64,000 nt of DNA from Camelus dromedarius (GCF_036321535.1 NC_087437.1:119104001-119168000); one strand, 5' to 3'; counted from the stretch's first letter, positions 24,624-37,869 are shown. A program made the numbers and translations. Notes: generated by a model from the sequence alone, not told the origin.

Positions 24624-27600
24624 ACCTCTCTGGCACTGTGGTTTATGGAGTATCAGTTGTCTATTTTGGACCTTAAGCATTTTATCTATCTAATGCCTAT
24701 TTAGGAATAGAACTTAGGAAGAAAAGAAAAAAAATAAGAGAGAGAGAGAAAGAATTTTAAAAGAAGGGAGAAAGAGGGTTTGAAAACAGTGTATAATGAA
24801 TAATAGAAGAGCGAGTTGAAGCAGAGTATTAATCGGGTTGAGACGTCCTTTTAAAACCTTTAAAAAAAAGGGGGGGGAGATGAATAGATGTATTTGAAAC
24901 CTGTGTCTAATCAATAACAGGGCATCAAAACCCAAGAGAAATAGAAATGAATTAAGAAGTAAAAATTAAGAGAGTAATAGAAAATAGAACAGGTAAAAAC
25001 AGATTTAAAAAAAAAAGGGGGGGGGGGGTTGTCGGTGTTCTCCTGGAGTCTGTGTGCTTTTAATGTGAAGTCTTTCTGTCTTCGTCCTGTTTTGGAAGCT
25101 CAGCTTGCTGTTTTCAGAGGCCCTCCGTTGGCGCCCTCCTCTGTGCTGCTCCCAGCACCTGTCGGCAAGCAGATCGCGCCTCCTCCTAACACTGGGTCAG
25201 GTGCAGCTCTCCTCTGCTGTGGGTGGGCGGGTCGCTGCCCCTCCGGATGCCGCAGTCAGATGTTGCAGACTGGCCAGGTAGGAGGGCGGGTCGTGCCCCC
25301 TCCCAGCACCTCGGTCAGGGGCTGTGTTCCTGCCCGAAAGGCGGGGGGCCGCTCTCCCTCTACCTGCGCCGCCGGTAGCTCCGCTGCTCTGTGCGGCTGC
25401 GCGCTCCGCCCTGGTCGGCGCTCACAGACAGAGAATACAGACTTGTGGTTCCCGGGGGGTGGAGGGTGGGAAGGGATAGACTAGGATTTCAAAATTGTAG
25501 AATAGATAAACAAGATTACACTGTATATCACAGGGAAATATACACAAAATGTTATGATAACTCACAGAGAAAAAAATATGACAATGAGTGTGTATATGTC
25601 CATGAATGACTGAAAAATTGTGCTGAACACTGGAATTTGACACAACACTGTAAAATGATTATAAATCAATAAAAATGTTAAAAAAAAAAAAAAAGAATAT
25701 TTTAACCTGCAGCCTCCAGCGGGCCGACGCTTCCAGGATGGTCTCGTCAACAATGTTCTGGGATGAGTGCTGGCGTCCTCCTTTCCTTGCTTGACAAGGT
25801 ACAGGATGGGTCATACAGCTGGCAGGGGCTCTCTCCGCCAGCTCAGAGGTACAGGGAGAATGGACTGTCCCACGTTGCAAGAAACTGCAGATGGGGTAAA
25901 AGTTGAGAGAGAGAAATGGTAGTTACTATGGAAACCATCCATTTCTCTGTGCTAAACTACCTGGCATTAAACCATGGGCCAGTGGCCAACAAATGAAAAC
26001 CACCATTAAAAACCTCATCATGAGGACACTCAGCAAATGAAGAGTCAATTTGGTCTTTTCAAAAAATGAATTCGGTTTTTCTTTGCTCAGCTTTGGAAGA
26101 CTCTAATTAAGGAAATTATAAAACTTGAGTTATTCGTACCCCTTTCAGAATAGACATTACATGGCTACAAAGTGACATGTCATTTTGGATGTAAGTCTGA
26201 AAATATCCATCAAGTGACCTGTGCCTCCAGGAAAAGCACACGGCGCTGCTCCGACTCACCGCACCTTCTGGCCCAGCCCTGCGGAGTTCTCTTACCAGCG
26301 AAGTATTTGCTGGAACACTAACAAATACATACTCCAAAATTAAACATAAACTCGTTAGTAAAGTATGGTTTATTAAAATATTCTTTTATAATATAATTCA
26401 TATTTTTTCCTGAAAAATCTATAGCAGCTAAAAGCAAATACCAGTCAAGTCTGCGCAGGAAGTAGAGTTGAGCACAGACAGAAATACTTAAAAGGAAATT
26501 GCAGTGCAAACATTTCTAATATGGATTGTAATCGTGATCAGCACATGGAAGTACTTTAGGAGACATTTCCACCCATGTGCACTAACGTACGGTTAAATAC
26601 TCATTTGCAAAGACATGCTAATGATAATTAAAAATAAAAACCCGCTCTAAAATAGTAACTGAAAATCTTGAACATGAATTGTATATGTGAATGTGGGTGG
26701 GACTGAAAAGAAAAAAATGTTTTCTTCTTTCATTATTTCCTATGAGAAGTTTCCCATGAACAGGGCCTTAAATTTCTTTTTATTTTTTTATTGAAGTATA
26801 GTAGGGCCTTACGTTTTGAAAGCTGAGCTAGGCCAGCGGCAGACTTTGTTGTAGGTCACGAGAGCACAGTCACATATGGCCTGACTGAAATATGCTGTTC
26901 CCGCACAATTCCCGCGTGGAAATGATGAAGTCAAGGATGATCTGGCCCGTTCTAATTCAGTATTCAAGATATCCGGGACCCAAGCAGTTTGTAAGGACCT
27001 CAAGCTGCCCCCGATCAGTACAAAATCAGGAACGTTCCTAAGGGTTAATACTTTCGAAGGAAAGTGTTAAATTCTTTTCCTGCTATTGGACCCAGAGAGG
27101 CCAATGTCACCCTGATTCCTTACATAATCTGAGACTGTTCCAAATGTGTCAACACGAGAGTTGGTGTCACTCATAGGTCACCCGAAGTTGTGATGAGACA
27201 CAAGACAAATGCCTCTAACACCTTAGATTTCTGGTAAAATGTCTTTCCTTAGCCTCCTATCTAGAAAAAGATCTTCAATAACGTAAAGATGTCAAGGAAT
27301 TTTTAAGCTAGGATGAAGCTATTGACTACATGACTTCCAAAAGCAAATGCAATAGATTGCTAAAGAAAAAAGAAAAAAAATCCTTTTCAATGAGTGACAA
27401 ACAATAACCATAGAAAAAGATGCCATTCTCTTTAAAAAAATCCTAAACCTTTCTAAAACCTCTGATTTCTGACCTTCCATTTTTTCTCGTCTTAACGGTT
27501 AGTAATGCATTTCTAAATCTTTCCTAAAAAAAGTCAAATCTAAATATAATTAACTCAAAAAAAGTGCTTCTAGAGAATTGCTCACAGTGGTTTTTCACGG

Positions 27601-29150
27601 GTGCAGCTGGGAGGAAGGCCAGGCTGTGGATTTTGCCCACAAGGGCATTTGCCAGGGTCCCAGACCCACCTGACGTCAGCATTAATGCCCACGGTCTGAG
27701 TCTTCACTGTACAGTAACGGCACAAGGAGGTGGATGTCACAGTCTTGTCAATTCAGTGAAACCCTAAAAGAAGTTATTAAAGCTGCTAAATTGCAATGAG
27801 CAGCTGAGGACTTGTCTGCCAATCTGTCCAGAAGAGTCATACATCCCATTACACAGTCATCCCTTGACTTCAGATTCAAAAGGAAGTGCCACCTTCAAGC
27901 CTATTACTATGAGTCAAAAACCTTCGAAACTTCCTACTTTTAACGTCCTAATTATATCCGACCACAGAAAAAATATTTGGCAAGAATATTTCATCTGCTT
28001 CCAAAAAAATAGCAATTGACTTACTGTCTTCTGGAACCTATTGTTTCACCAGATCAAAACCTTGTATTTTTGGAAAACATTCTTGGACAAGAAGGACAAG
28101 CCGGAACATGTTCCCAAGAGTGTGTCCTGAGTGCCCGCTGAGTGGGTGTCTGCTACGCCACTCCATTTCCACCTCAAAGGCAAGTCTTTGGAGGTTATAA
28201 AAAGAGCTCCTTCAGCTGGGTCATGTGACAGGGGTAACATTACTTTTTGCAAGGCATTCTAAAAATGAAAGACGGATGACTAATGTAAGCAATGTTTTAC
28301 AGCCTTTGTCTAGGGGAGGATTCTATGTGCATCCATTTTAAAAGAAGAAAAACAGACTGTACATGCATTGCAGTGTGATCTGAGCTACGAGTGCTGAAAG
28401 CTTCGTTCCCCATCTGGTCACGATGGGACTGTGATGAGCTGAAGTTCTCACTGCCAGCACACGCTCTTTCAAAGAACAAGATCAGGAAGGGTAGGCGGCT
28501 AGGCACCTGATGAGTCAGTGTATGCAGCTCGTTAGTTAAGTGAGCTGACCCCAGGAAGGTAACACACCACGGCTGGAGGTGTCCAGCCAATCAAGGCGAC
28601 CCCAGCCCTGGATGTGCGCAAGGCCAGTTTACTGTTTATGGTTTGTAAATTCATCCAGAGTTGATGTAACCACCGTGCTTTGGATAGTGGCTAGATTAAA
28701 ATGTTAAACTCCCTGGAGAACACGGAAAAACTGATCCTCAAAGCAATCAAATTCAACGTTTATATGGAGAACCATGTTTGGATAGGAAATAAAACCACAG
28801 AAACGCACAGGAATGAGCTGCTTCTGTACAAGAACGGGAAGCGGTGTCCAGCTGCACGAAAAGGCGCGCGCTGTGCGTGCAGGTGAACAGTTGGACCCTT
28901 GTGGGAGGGACGGCTTCCCGCTTAGCTCGGTCGTGCTGGTTTTTATTAAGAAGGGTGGAAGGAGTCTGTTTCTGAGCCATGTTCTTTGTGCGGGACCCTG
29001 TCCAGGTCAGCGCGGGTTCTCCCTTTATTAGCTGTGTGTAGACTCACACCCCCACGACGGTCAGTGTGTTCAGTTTTCCTTCTTTACGTCGTCGGAAAGT
29101 GGTTCAGACACATCATTGCTTCACTACTCTCAGGAAAGTGAGAATTTTTA

Positions 29151-29456
29151 TTTTATTTTATTTTTATGAAAAAAATTTTTTATTGAAGTATAGTTGGCTT
29201 ATGATGCGGTGTTAATTTCTGGTGTACAGCATAGTGATTCAGTTATATATATATATTTCTTTTCATATTATTTTTCATTATAGGCTGTTACAAGATATTG
29301 AATTTAGTTCCCTGTGTTGTACAGTAGAAACTTGTTTATCTATTTTATACATAGTAGAAGTTAGTATCTGCAAACCCCCAACTCCCACCAATTTATCCCT
29401 CCCCACCCCCTTCCCCCCTGGTGATCACAAGTTTATTTTCTATGTCTGTGAGTCTG
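29151..29456 (-). mobile_element. 5'-truncated L1 3' end
   Basis: L1 3' UTR terminus with a T-rich tail; perfect 18-bp TSD GGAAAGTGAGAATTTTTA at 29133-29150 and 29457-29474. Confidence 0.92.
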
Positions 29457-30506
29457 GGAAAGTGAGAATTTTTAAAAGGTTATCATCTCAGGGATGTTCT
29501 GCGAACTCTATCACCAAAGACAGAACAACAGTCAATAAATTCTAGACACTCTCTGTGTACCTGTGTTTAACGTAAGTGACTGGAGCTGCTCGTCACTAGG
29601 CTTTCAATCACACACACCGCCCTCGTTGGGAAGACCCTTAACTAGAATATGCAAAAGAACACTTTCGGGTTTACAGTCAATACTGGGAACGCTTGAAGGT
29701 TCAAGGGAAGGTCTGAGAGGAGAAAACATCAAGAGAAGAGGCTGAGAGACTAGGGCAGGCCAGGGAGTTCACTCACGGGCTTGAGATGTGAGCAGCTGTT
29801 AGACAGACGGCTGTAATCGGCTCCCCTTGGTCTCACCACAGACGGGACGGGAGGGGGTGCCCTTTATTATCGGCACAAGATGTTTTTGGACAGAAACAAT
29901 TACGTTATGAAATCTCTTCTACTTGCCTCATTAACAATAGAATAAATCATGTCTGGGGGAGTCTAGCCATGTTTCTGCTCTTGGCTTGAAATCATAGTGC
30001 CAGATTACAGCTCAGGGCTATAAAACTTAAATGGGTCCCAAATTCAGGAAAAAGATGGTTCTGCTCAGCTGTGAGTCACCGCAGCCAGGAATGAGCTGCT
30101 TACCAAGTAGAAGTTCTCACAGTGATTTGCACGGCAGCCTGGAGGTGACGGTAAGCCCTGGAGAGTCAGAAGTCTGACTGTGGCTGGTGAATAATCAGTT
30201 AAAATATTTAGGCTTTGACTCCACTTGAAGGCAGGTGTGGGTGGGAGGCAGTTACAACCAGAGTGGGAGCCATGAGTGACGGACGGTTGGGAGCTAGTCA
30301 ATTCATTTGATTTTGGGTTGTTGCTTTTTCAATTAAAAAGGAAAAAAATCTCTGGTTTAAAAAAAAAAACTCTGTACTGTTTGGTGCCCCATTCAGATTC
30401 CAGTTATTTTGGGAACATTCTGACGACTCCCGCCGTGATGCCGTTAGTCCTAGGAATGTCAGCTTGGCGTGCTCCAGCTACACCAACGTCGTCAGAAGGA
30501 ACTGGA

Positions 30507-30650
30507 TTTTTGTTGTTGTTTTTAATTGAATTATAGTCAGTTACACTGTGTCCATTTCTGATGTGCCACATCATGTCCCAGTCGTATATATATATTCATT
30601 TTCACATACTTTTTCATTAAAGGTTATTTATTACACGATATTGAATTAAA
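30507..30650 (-). mobile_element. Short L1 3'-end fragment
   Basis: TTTTAATTGAATTATAG...AGGTTATT...GATATTGAAT resembles the 29151-29456 element; flanked by AGAAGGAA(C/T)TG. Confidence 0.7.
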
Positions 30651-33600
30651 AAGAAAAAGAAGGAATTGTTTGGCCCGAGTAGGGGGCAAGCAGCTTCTCA
30701 GAATTCGGTTTCCTCCAAAGTGCTGACTGTCGTAAACACAACAGAAGCAGCCCAGCTCCACATGCGTGACGCTGCGGATTCACGAGGACGAAGTTTTCTA
30801 ATGACACTTCATGGGCAAAGAGGTCTGCTCTTCTGCTGAGAACCCCACCTCCTGTCACAAGGAGATGACAGCCATCTTGGGGGGCCGCTGGGGGACTGGC
30901 TGAGCCGGTGTTGGTGGAGCCCCTTCTGAGCAAGTCAGGACATCTTCTCACCCTTAACTGACATGTGGGGTCTTTAAATGCAACGACTTTCAGTTGTATA
31001 TTTTTGCTGATGCTTCCGAGACGTACATGCAAACTGGAAATCTGGGACACAGCTTTCAGCTCTCAGTTTCTAAAGAACTAGAAAAGTCGGTGTGCAACCT
31101 GCCGTAACGACAACCATCTGCGTGGAAAGATCTTTGCTCGGGGACTGGGATACCAGGGACATGAGGCACGCGTGTTATTTTCACGATGGCGTTTATTAGA
31201 CGTTTCCATGCTTCTTTTATTCCATTCATCAAGTCTCCAACAGACCGTCCCAGCGAGGGTACGAGGAAGTTACGTAGGGGGCTTGTGTGCCCGGGGAGCA
31301 GTCCATGGAGAATGATTTTTGAAAGCAGATCAGGCGCGGTAATGCTTCCCCAGCTTCTGTGCTCGAACGCTGACGTGTGCCTCCAGGTCTGCGAAAACGC
31401 GCTGCGGTTTCAGGCACGAGGCTTATACGATTGTGTCAAGCGAGTGTCTTTTCTTCTACCATTTCTATCACGTGGCCATTTAACATAACCAAGGGCACTT
31501 GTCATAGGTTAAGAACCGTTTGCTACTGGACGGTCAGCTGCCATTAATCGTTTAGGTCGCGTGAAAAATCAGAAGTCTTGGCTAATCATATTCTACTACT
31601 TGCTAACAAGGGGCAAAACCATAACAAAGTCAAAGAATTAATGATCTTAGTAATAAGATTAAATCATCCGAGATTAGGATTTCCAGGAGTCTCATGAAGA
31701 CTTAGCAATGTCAAGGGATAATTCCAACTGGATATAATAAATTCAGGATTTTTTTTGGTGCTAAAGTTTTGGTGGCCAAGGAAGTATGTTTTCTCTCAAC
31801 ACTTAGGAAAAACACTGCCTCTTAATCTCTGCGTCAGGCTCGCTGTGCCTGGGGACCCGGGGATAATGCTGGAGGGGTGAGAGAAAGCAGGGTCCCCTCC
31901 CTCCTGAGCTTACGGTGCAGCAGGGAGGCGCAGATGTGAGCGAATTCCTACCATGAGTCAATAGTCAGTGTAACTGCCAACTGGTGAGTGCTGTGCTTGC
32001 TAGCAGAGCAGGAAGTGAGGGCTCTGGAGGATGTGGGGGGCTTCCCTGAGGCAGTGACGTTTGAGCCGAGATCTGAAGGGATAGCAATAGTGGTCAGGGC
32101 ACTGGGTGTGCAGAGATCTGGGGGAGGGCTGGGGTTGGGGGAGGCAGGGCCAGCCCCTGCAGCCCCAAAGCCTCAGGAAGGATGAGGTCATGTCAAGAGA
32201 GCACTTAGAATCTGCTGGAGGATGTTACCCTCAGTGCGTGGGTAACACATAGAATGACACCTTTACAAGGGCCATGGAGGCCCTGCTATGAACAGACTCC
32301 CAGGGCCAGTAGGGGTCTGGGTGGCCCCTTAGGGGTTGTCAGCTGGGAACTTGGAGAGGGTGGCACCTGGACAGGTCCAGAGGCACTGGGGTGTAACCGT
32401 GGGATGGTCTGGGTTTCCCACTGCTGTGAATAGATGGACAGCAGGGCTGTCGGTTGTGATGGGGACAGGGGGGAGAACCAGGTTTGGGGCCAGGGCCAGA
32501 CGTGTGAGCCTGATGGTCCTGGGAGACGTTCGGGTGGGGATGAACTGGGAAGGATGGCCATGCACCAAAGACACAGCGACACAGTGGCCAATCCTGATTG
32601 TGGCCAGCCCCCACCCCTCCCTGAGCCCCAGATCGGTTCAGAAAAACAGAGGGTGCAGCCTTCTTATTTCCAGAGCAGTTCCTGCAGCACGGTGATAGAT
32701 CCCTCTCTTTCCTTCATGACCTTGCTGCCCTGTTTTGTGGCGAAAACTCAAAAGAGAAGAGAGCAGCTCTGGCAAGAGGCCAAGCTGGAGATGCTCAAAC
32801 CAGGGGGGACGCAGCCGCGCCCCGGAGGAGCGGCAAGTCCCATGTGGGACAGGCAGTAACCAGCGGGCACCCAGGCCCGGGTCCCCCACCCTCCCTCTTC
32901 CGGGGAAGTGCCCTGGGCCGGCTCCCCGCAGAGGCACAGGGTGGGTCTGTGTCCCACTGAAGGGACACCTTCCCATAAAGAGTGGGTCTGTCTCCCTCTT
33001 TACAGAGCAAATGTGGGCAGGCAGACCCATCAACGGGAAAAAGCAGGCGGCTTGGCTCCGAGCAGTCTGGGTGCGGAGGGCCCTCCCTCAGGTGTGACCG
33101 CGGGGCCCCCAGGGAGTCGCAGTCCCCAGCTCAGGGAGGGGAAGCCTCAGGTCCATGGGCGCCAGGGCTTAGGTGGGAGGGAGGGTCCCAGCCAGCTCTG
33201 TGTGCGGGCAACTCGGGGTGGCTTCTGGGTAGGTCAGATCGTTCTTGCCTGTCTCCCCAGAACTAGGAACCTGTGACGCCGAGGCACTCAGGCCAGACGT
33301 GAAAGCTGTGAGAGGAAGGAGTCAGGGACCGGGCGTCTCCGCCACCCACTCGGATTTGCTTTGAGCGCGTGTGAAAGGATGTACAAGAAGGTGCTCACAC
33401 TTTGCTGGATGTTCAGGGAGTGAATCCCCCTCCCAGCTCCCAGCTGTCCTCTAAAATACAACTGGAGCACCGACGACGACGTTCCCAGAGCGCAAGCCCT
33501 CAGAAGATGGGAGGACACTTCAGGCGTCGCGTAACTTTAAAGTGACTACTCCATCATTTAATATTTGATCAGTAAAGTACGAGATGGTTCCAGGCCACCT

Positions 33601-34289
33601 GCCTAAAGAACCACCTTGCTTAGAAGTTCGCCCCTCTCTCCCACTACTCATCTTTTTTTGTGTCCAGTCTCTCAAGCTAAACTTTGCAAAAAACACTACA
33701 TCCACCTGATTAAAAAAAAAAAAAAAAAAACCTTGTGAAAGCTTCTGATATCTCAATATCCCAATTATTTTAAGTGTTTGGGTCATTTAAAATAATCCAG
33801 ACATTTCACTGGGTCTGAATTGTAGCAGGAATTAACGCCCCTTCTCAAAATAGACCAACGTGTCCACTACCCGGAATGGGCAGCCTGAGCAGAGGGCCAG
33901 CAGGTAGGAAACACAGGTCCTGGCACCTCAGACTGGCCATCATTCAAACTGACAGGACACAAGACAACATGACTTCTCAGCCTTGACGCCTTTCAGAATC
34001 CAACCAGGAAAGTCACCACCACCGCCCTGAGCTGGAAGCCATGAGCTTTGGGCGCCGAGACCGGGAAGAACGTGTAAGGTCTGTGCGTCTGCCTCCCGGG
34101 CCCCGAGGACACATCCTACTCGAGGGCTCCGTGCCCTCCTGGCCCAGGGACACGCAATCCACGTTAGGTGGCGGTACCCTGGGGTCCAGCTCTAAGACAC
34201 ACACCCTCTGGGCCCTTCCCTCCCAAGCCCTGGTGCCCGTGGACCTCTGTGTGGCACAGAGCAACCCAACTTTACAAATTCACAGGCCA

Positions 34290-36776
34290 ACAGCGAGTTC
34301 TTCTGTTTATTAATTTAGAGTAACCCGGGGGGAGTCACAGAGCTCACGGGCCACAATGGCTCGATCCAATGTCCACCCATGGCTACAGCTGTGCCCCTGG
34401 GCTCAGTTAAAAAAAATTAAATACTTTCCATGAGTAAACAGTGGTAAGTGTGCGAAACACTCTACAGTGATAGCTCTTTTGGCCCAGAAGTACTTTTGTT
34501 CCCCGCCCCAGTTTCTAATATGCAAATTCACAGCCAGTTTTAGGACAACAGGAACCTACTCTGCCTCACACAGTGACCCTATTAGGACCAAATATTTCTA
34601 CAGAAAACTCAGGAGTAAATTTGATCTTTACTTAAGAGTTCTCACTTACTATAACAAGAAGTATTATTACACATCTGTGTATTTAAATAAACAGTGGGAG
34701 GTCCCTGGGCCCACACAACCGAAATTAGGTTCTTTAAACATGTTTGCTGCATTCCTACTCTAGGCACGAAAACAACTTCTTTTAAAAAAATAAAACTGTG
34801 ATTTAAAAGGCCTTTATTTCATAGGGAGGAGGAATAAAAGATAAATGCTAGCAGGTGTCTAACCACGTTCGGTTGTTTTAGTTGGTCATTCTCCCTTTAT
34901 GTTCTGCAGATGCTAAAAGAAACCATCAGTGATTTAAAAAAAAAATACCTTAGGAACCTTGGCGCTCCTGACGCTTCCACAGACACCTGGACCACTTACC
35001 TCTGGAGAAGGGAGACAGTATTTTATCATCCCTAGCCCAAGTTCATTTGATGAAACCATTATGGATAAAGCAGTTAATTATATACATAAATAACATAAAA
35101 ATAATTATCATAAATTAAAAGTCAAACAATCCCCCACGATTAATTCAACGGAGAGGTGAGAGTCGGGAGTGACGGATGAGCTGTGCGTGTGGAGGGTGAA
35201 TTCCGAAGCCCCCTTTCTCGTGCTGCGCGGGGGATGGACTTAGTTCACGAGGGCACTGCAGCAAGTCCAGGCCTGGCCCTCGCCTCACAACCCTGCTCTC
35301 TGGAACAAAGCGAAGTGCGGGGGACGTCTGTCCGTAGCCTCACCGGCAGCACAAGGTTACTCTGCCTTGCTTATCCACTCCTGACTCACTGTCAGCATCT
35401 CCTCAGGATGGTCCCCCAAGCACAGGCTCTGGGACAAAGTGGTCAGGACAAAACAAGGCAAATGTAACACTGCACTCTGGGCAGCGTTAGAGCGTCAGGA
35501 GAATGAAAATCAAGCGTCCTTCCTGTCTCCCTGGCCGGGCAGTAGGAGGGCTGGCTACTGACCGCCACCTCGATGGCCCCGAGCCTCAGCCACTGCCTCT
35601 GAGATGGCCACACACGTGCGAAAGCCCGTGTCCCCGGGGGAGCGGAGCTGCCACCACTCAGCACAGTCATTCACTCTAGGGGGGCTGAGGCATCTGCTGG
35701 TCAGCTAATAACCCCTCCCACTTTCCTACTGCTTGGCAGGAGACAGCACCACCTTTGTATTTCAGAAAAACCAAGCTCGCTCAACATTTTTATAGAAAAT
35801 TGGTCTTGAAACACATCAACCTTTGGAATTAAAGTTGAAACAGAAAGAAAAGAGGAATTTCCTCCCTGTTCTTCAGCTTAGGGGATTCTGGCTGAGCCTC
35901 AGCCATAATAAATATATTTGGATGGCAGAGATCCTGAGACGGCCCCAAGGAGCCTCCAGCAGGGACAGCGCGAGGCTCAGGCGATGCTCGGAGCTGTGTC
36001 CTCCTCGCTGGGGCAGCCGTGTAGAACTGGATGTGGACCACGGTCCTACAGTGCAAACGACTCCTGCACAGCAAAGTATAAACCAGTAGGGCACAGCAGA
36101 GTCTCAAATAGGCAATATATGCTTGAGATAAAGTTAAAAAATAGACAGACTGAAAATCAATTCCCGAATTCTGTTACTAAAAAGCCTTGGCCAGTGACCT
36201 CCTGTGACCCATCTCCTCACACGGTTTCGGCCTGAAGTTGTGGAACAAACTGGACTCAACTCAAATTGCGAAGAGAATCAGTATAACTGGAACTTCTATC
36301 TGCTCATTGGCAAAAAAGTCCCGAAGCCAGGAGAAGACTGTGCTGCCACGTGTGAACCCCGTCTCCGTTTAAACATGGTAACTGAGCTCTAGAGGAAAAA
36401 AATGCAATGCACCCAACCCCTGAGCTTCCTAATAACCTGTCTCTCGCCTCTTGAGATGCTGCTTCTCTTTCTGTTTCGCTTTCCCAAGCCCTGTGTCCAT
36501 CACTGTCGGGGCAGGGAAGCCCGAGGGCGTCGCTTCACCGGGAAGAGCCCGAGCAGCTCCAGTGGACCACTGGCCACCCGGGGTCACTTCTTGAGTTAGG
36601 CTGACAGACTGACGGCTGCTGGGGGATTTGGAGATCGTTCTGCAAAAGCTAAGTCAACCTTCCTTACATTGCAACATGGTGTTCCTTTGTTTGGTATCCA
36701 GCAAACAAATCTCAAAAAAATACCCCAACAACCCCCCTCATCTGCAGTTCTGGTCCTGAGGTCCCCGCCAGGCATC
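34290..36776 (-). other. PRDM15: Probable PRDM15 3' UTR (~2.5 kb)
   Basis: Repeat-poor sequence after the stop codon. The end is inferred from a minus-strand AATAAA at 34306-34311. Confidence 0.55.
34306..34311 (-). terminator. Candidate polyadenylation signal of PRDM15 (distal); proximal candidate at 34813-34818
   Basis: AATAAA on the minus strand, followed downstream by a GT-rich stretch (TTTGTAAAGTTGGGTTGCTCTGTG). Confidence 0.55.
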
Positions 36777-37256
36777 TCAGTAGCTGTACATCTGTGGCTG
36801 CTGCTCGGCGGGCACTGGGGGCTGGGCCGGCGGCGGCTGCGGGGCTGGCGGCTGCGGGGCGGGCAGGACGTCAGTCTGGGGCACCGCACGCCAGGTGAGC
36901 GGGTGCTGCTCCCCGAGCTGGCCCCCCAGGGGCGTGATGGAGTTGACCAGGGTGGTCAGGTTGATGAAGTGCGCCACAGACTGTGGGTTCGAGGCTTCGG
37001 GTGGGGGGTGGATCTGGAGGTCGTTCTGGCGGTTGTGCAACATGGCAGAGCCGCTGACTGTGTCAAAGGTCACGGTCAGAATGGAGTTGTCCAGCTGCAG
37101 CTGGCGCTCCGGGGTGGTGAGGTGCCCGACTGCCACTGGCTGCAGGTTGGTGAACTGAGTGCCGGCCGCAGTGGTGATGGGGGTTACGGTGATGTTGGTC
37201 AGGCCGACGGAGCTGGACGGGGTGGTCACGTTGGGGTCGCCCAGTGTCACCACCAC
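36777..37256 (-). CDS. PRDM15: PRDM15 terminal coding exon (159 aa + TGA)
   Basis: [27 protein letters not shown]...[10 protein letters not shown]. The C-terminal QMYSY matches PRDM15 as recalled. Confidence 0.96.
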   Translation of the reverse strand: MVVTLGDPNVTTPSSSVGLTNITVTPITTAAGTQFTNLQPVAVGHLTTPERQLQLDNSILTVTFDTVSGSAMLHNRQNDLQIHPPPEASNPQSVAHFINLTTLVNSITPLGGQLGEQHPLTWRAVPQTDVLPAPQPPAPQPPPAQPPVPAEQQPQMYSY

Positions 37257-37869
37257 CTGCAAGAGTCACACATGACACAGGACAGTTAACAGTCTCTGCA
37301 GAATGGAGACCACAAGAAGCTGCCCGCGCTGCACTTTGCAACAGGGGCCTGTCTGACGGTGCTGGACTCACTGCACGCCTGGCCCGGAGGGAGGAGGTCA
37401 GGGAGCACCTTCGGGTGAAAGATCAGACCAAGTTCATTTTTCCTGAAAAAAGAATTCCAGTAAACAAGAGAGACAACGGTCAGATACACTCAGAGCGGTC
37501 ATCAGCTGGAACCGAGAAACAAAGAATTTCAGTGGCTAGAGAAAAAATAGAGAAAAGTGATGAGAAAACCAGAGCAGAGTCTTCACTTTCTTTCCACTTC
37601 TGGGAAGTGCTGTTGGTCGGTGGAAATCCCAACAGTAAAGCTGAGAAGGGCAGGAAACAAACGTGCGGTGCCCAGAGGTAAGAAATGAAAAAGGAAGCAC
37701 TGCTCCTTCCTGGGGGGGACGAAGGGACCCGGAATCGCAGAACGACTGCATCTAGGAGGCCCGTGCCAGTCACGAGGCGGCGTCAGACACGCCAGCGAGG
37801 AGCCGGGGCCTCGGGACCAACGCAGGGAGGTTCAGTAAAGCGGCATCTTCCACTAAAAGCAGCAGACTG

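Larger units (their letters stand above)
22737..25693. mobile_element. Single rearranged (5'-inverted) LINE-1 insertion: minus-strand 5'UTR-ORF1-partial ORF2 joined to a plus-strand 3' end with poly(A)
   Basis: Flanked by the direct repeat AGAATATTTT (22727-22736 and 25694-25703). Inversion junction at ~25421-25423; AATAAA at 25668-25673, then the A-tail. Confidence 0.88.

Noticed and set aside
6062..35390. Scattered AP-1 motifs TGA(G/C)TCA
   Set aside because: A 7-mer is expected repeatedly by chance in 64 kb, and I saw no tight clustering.
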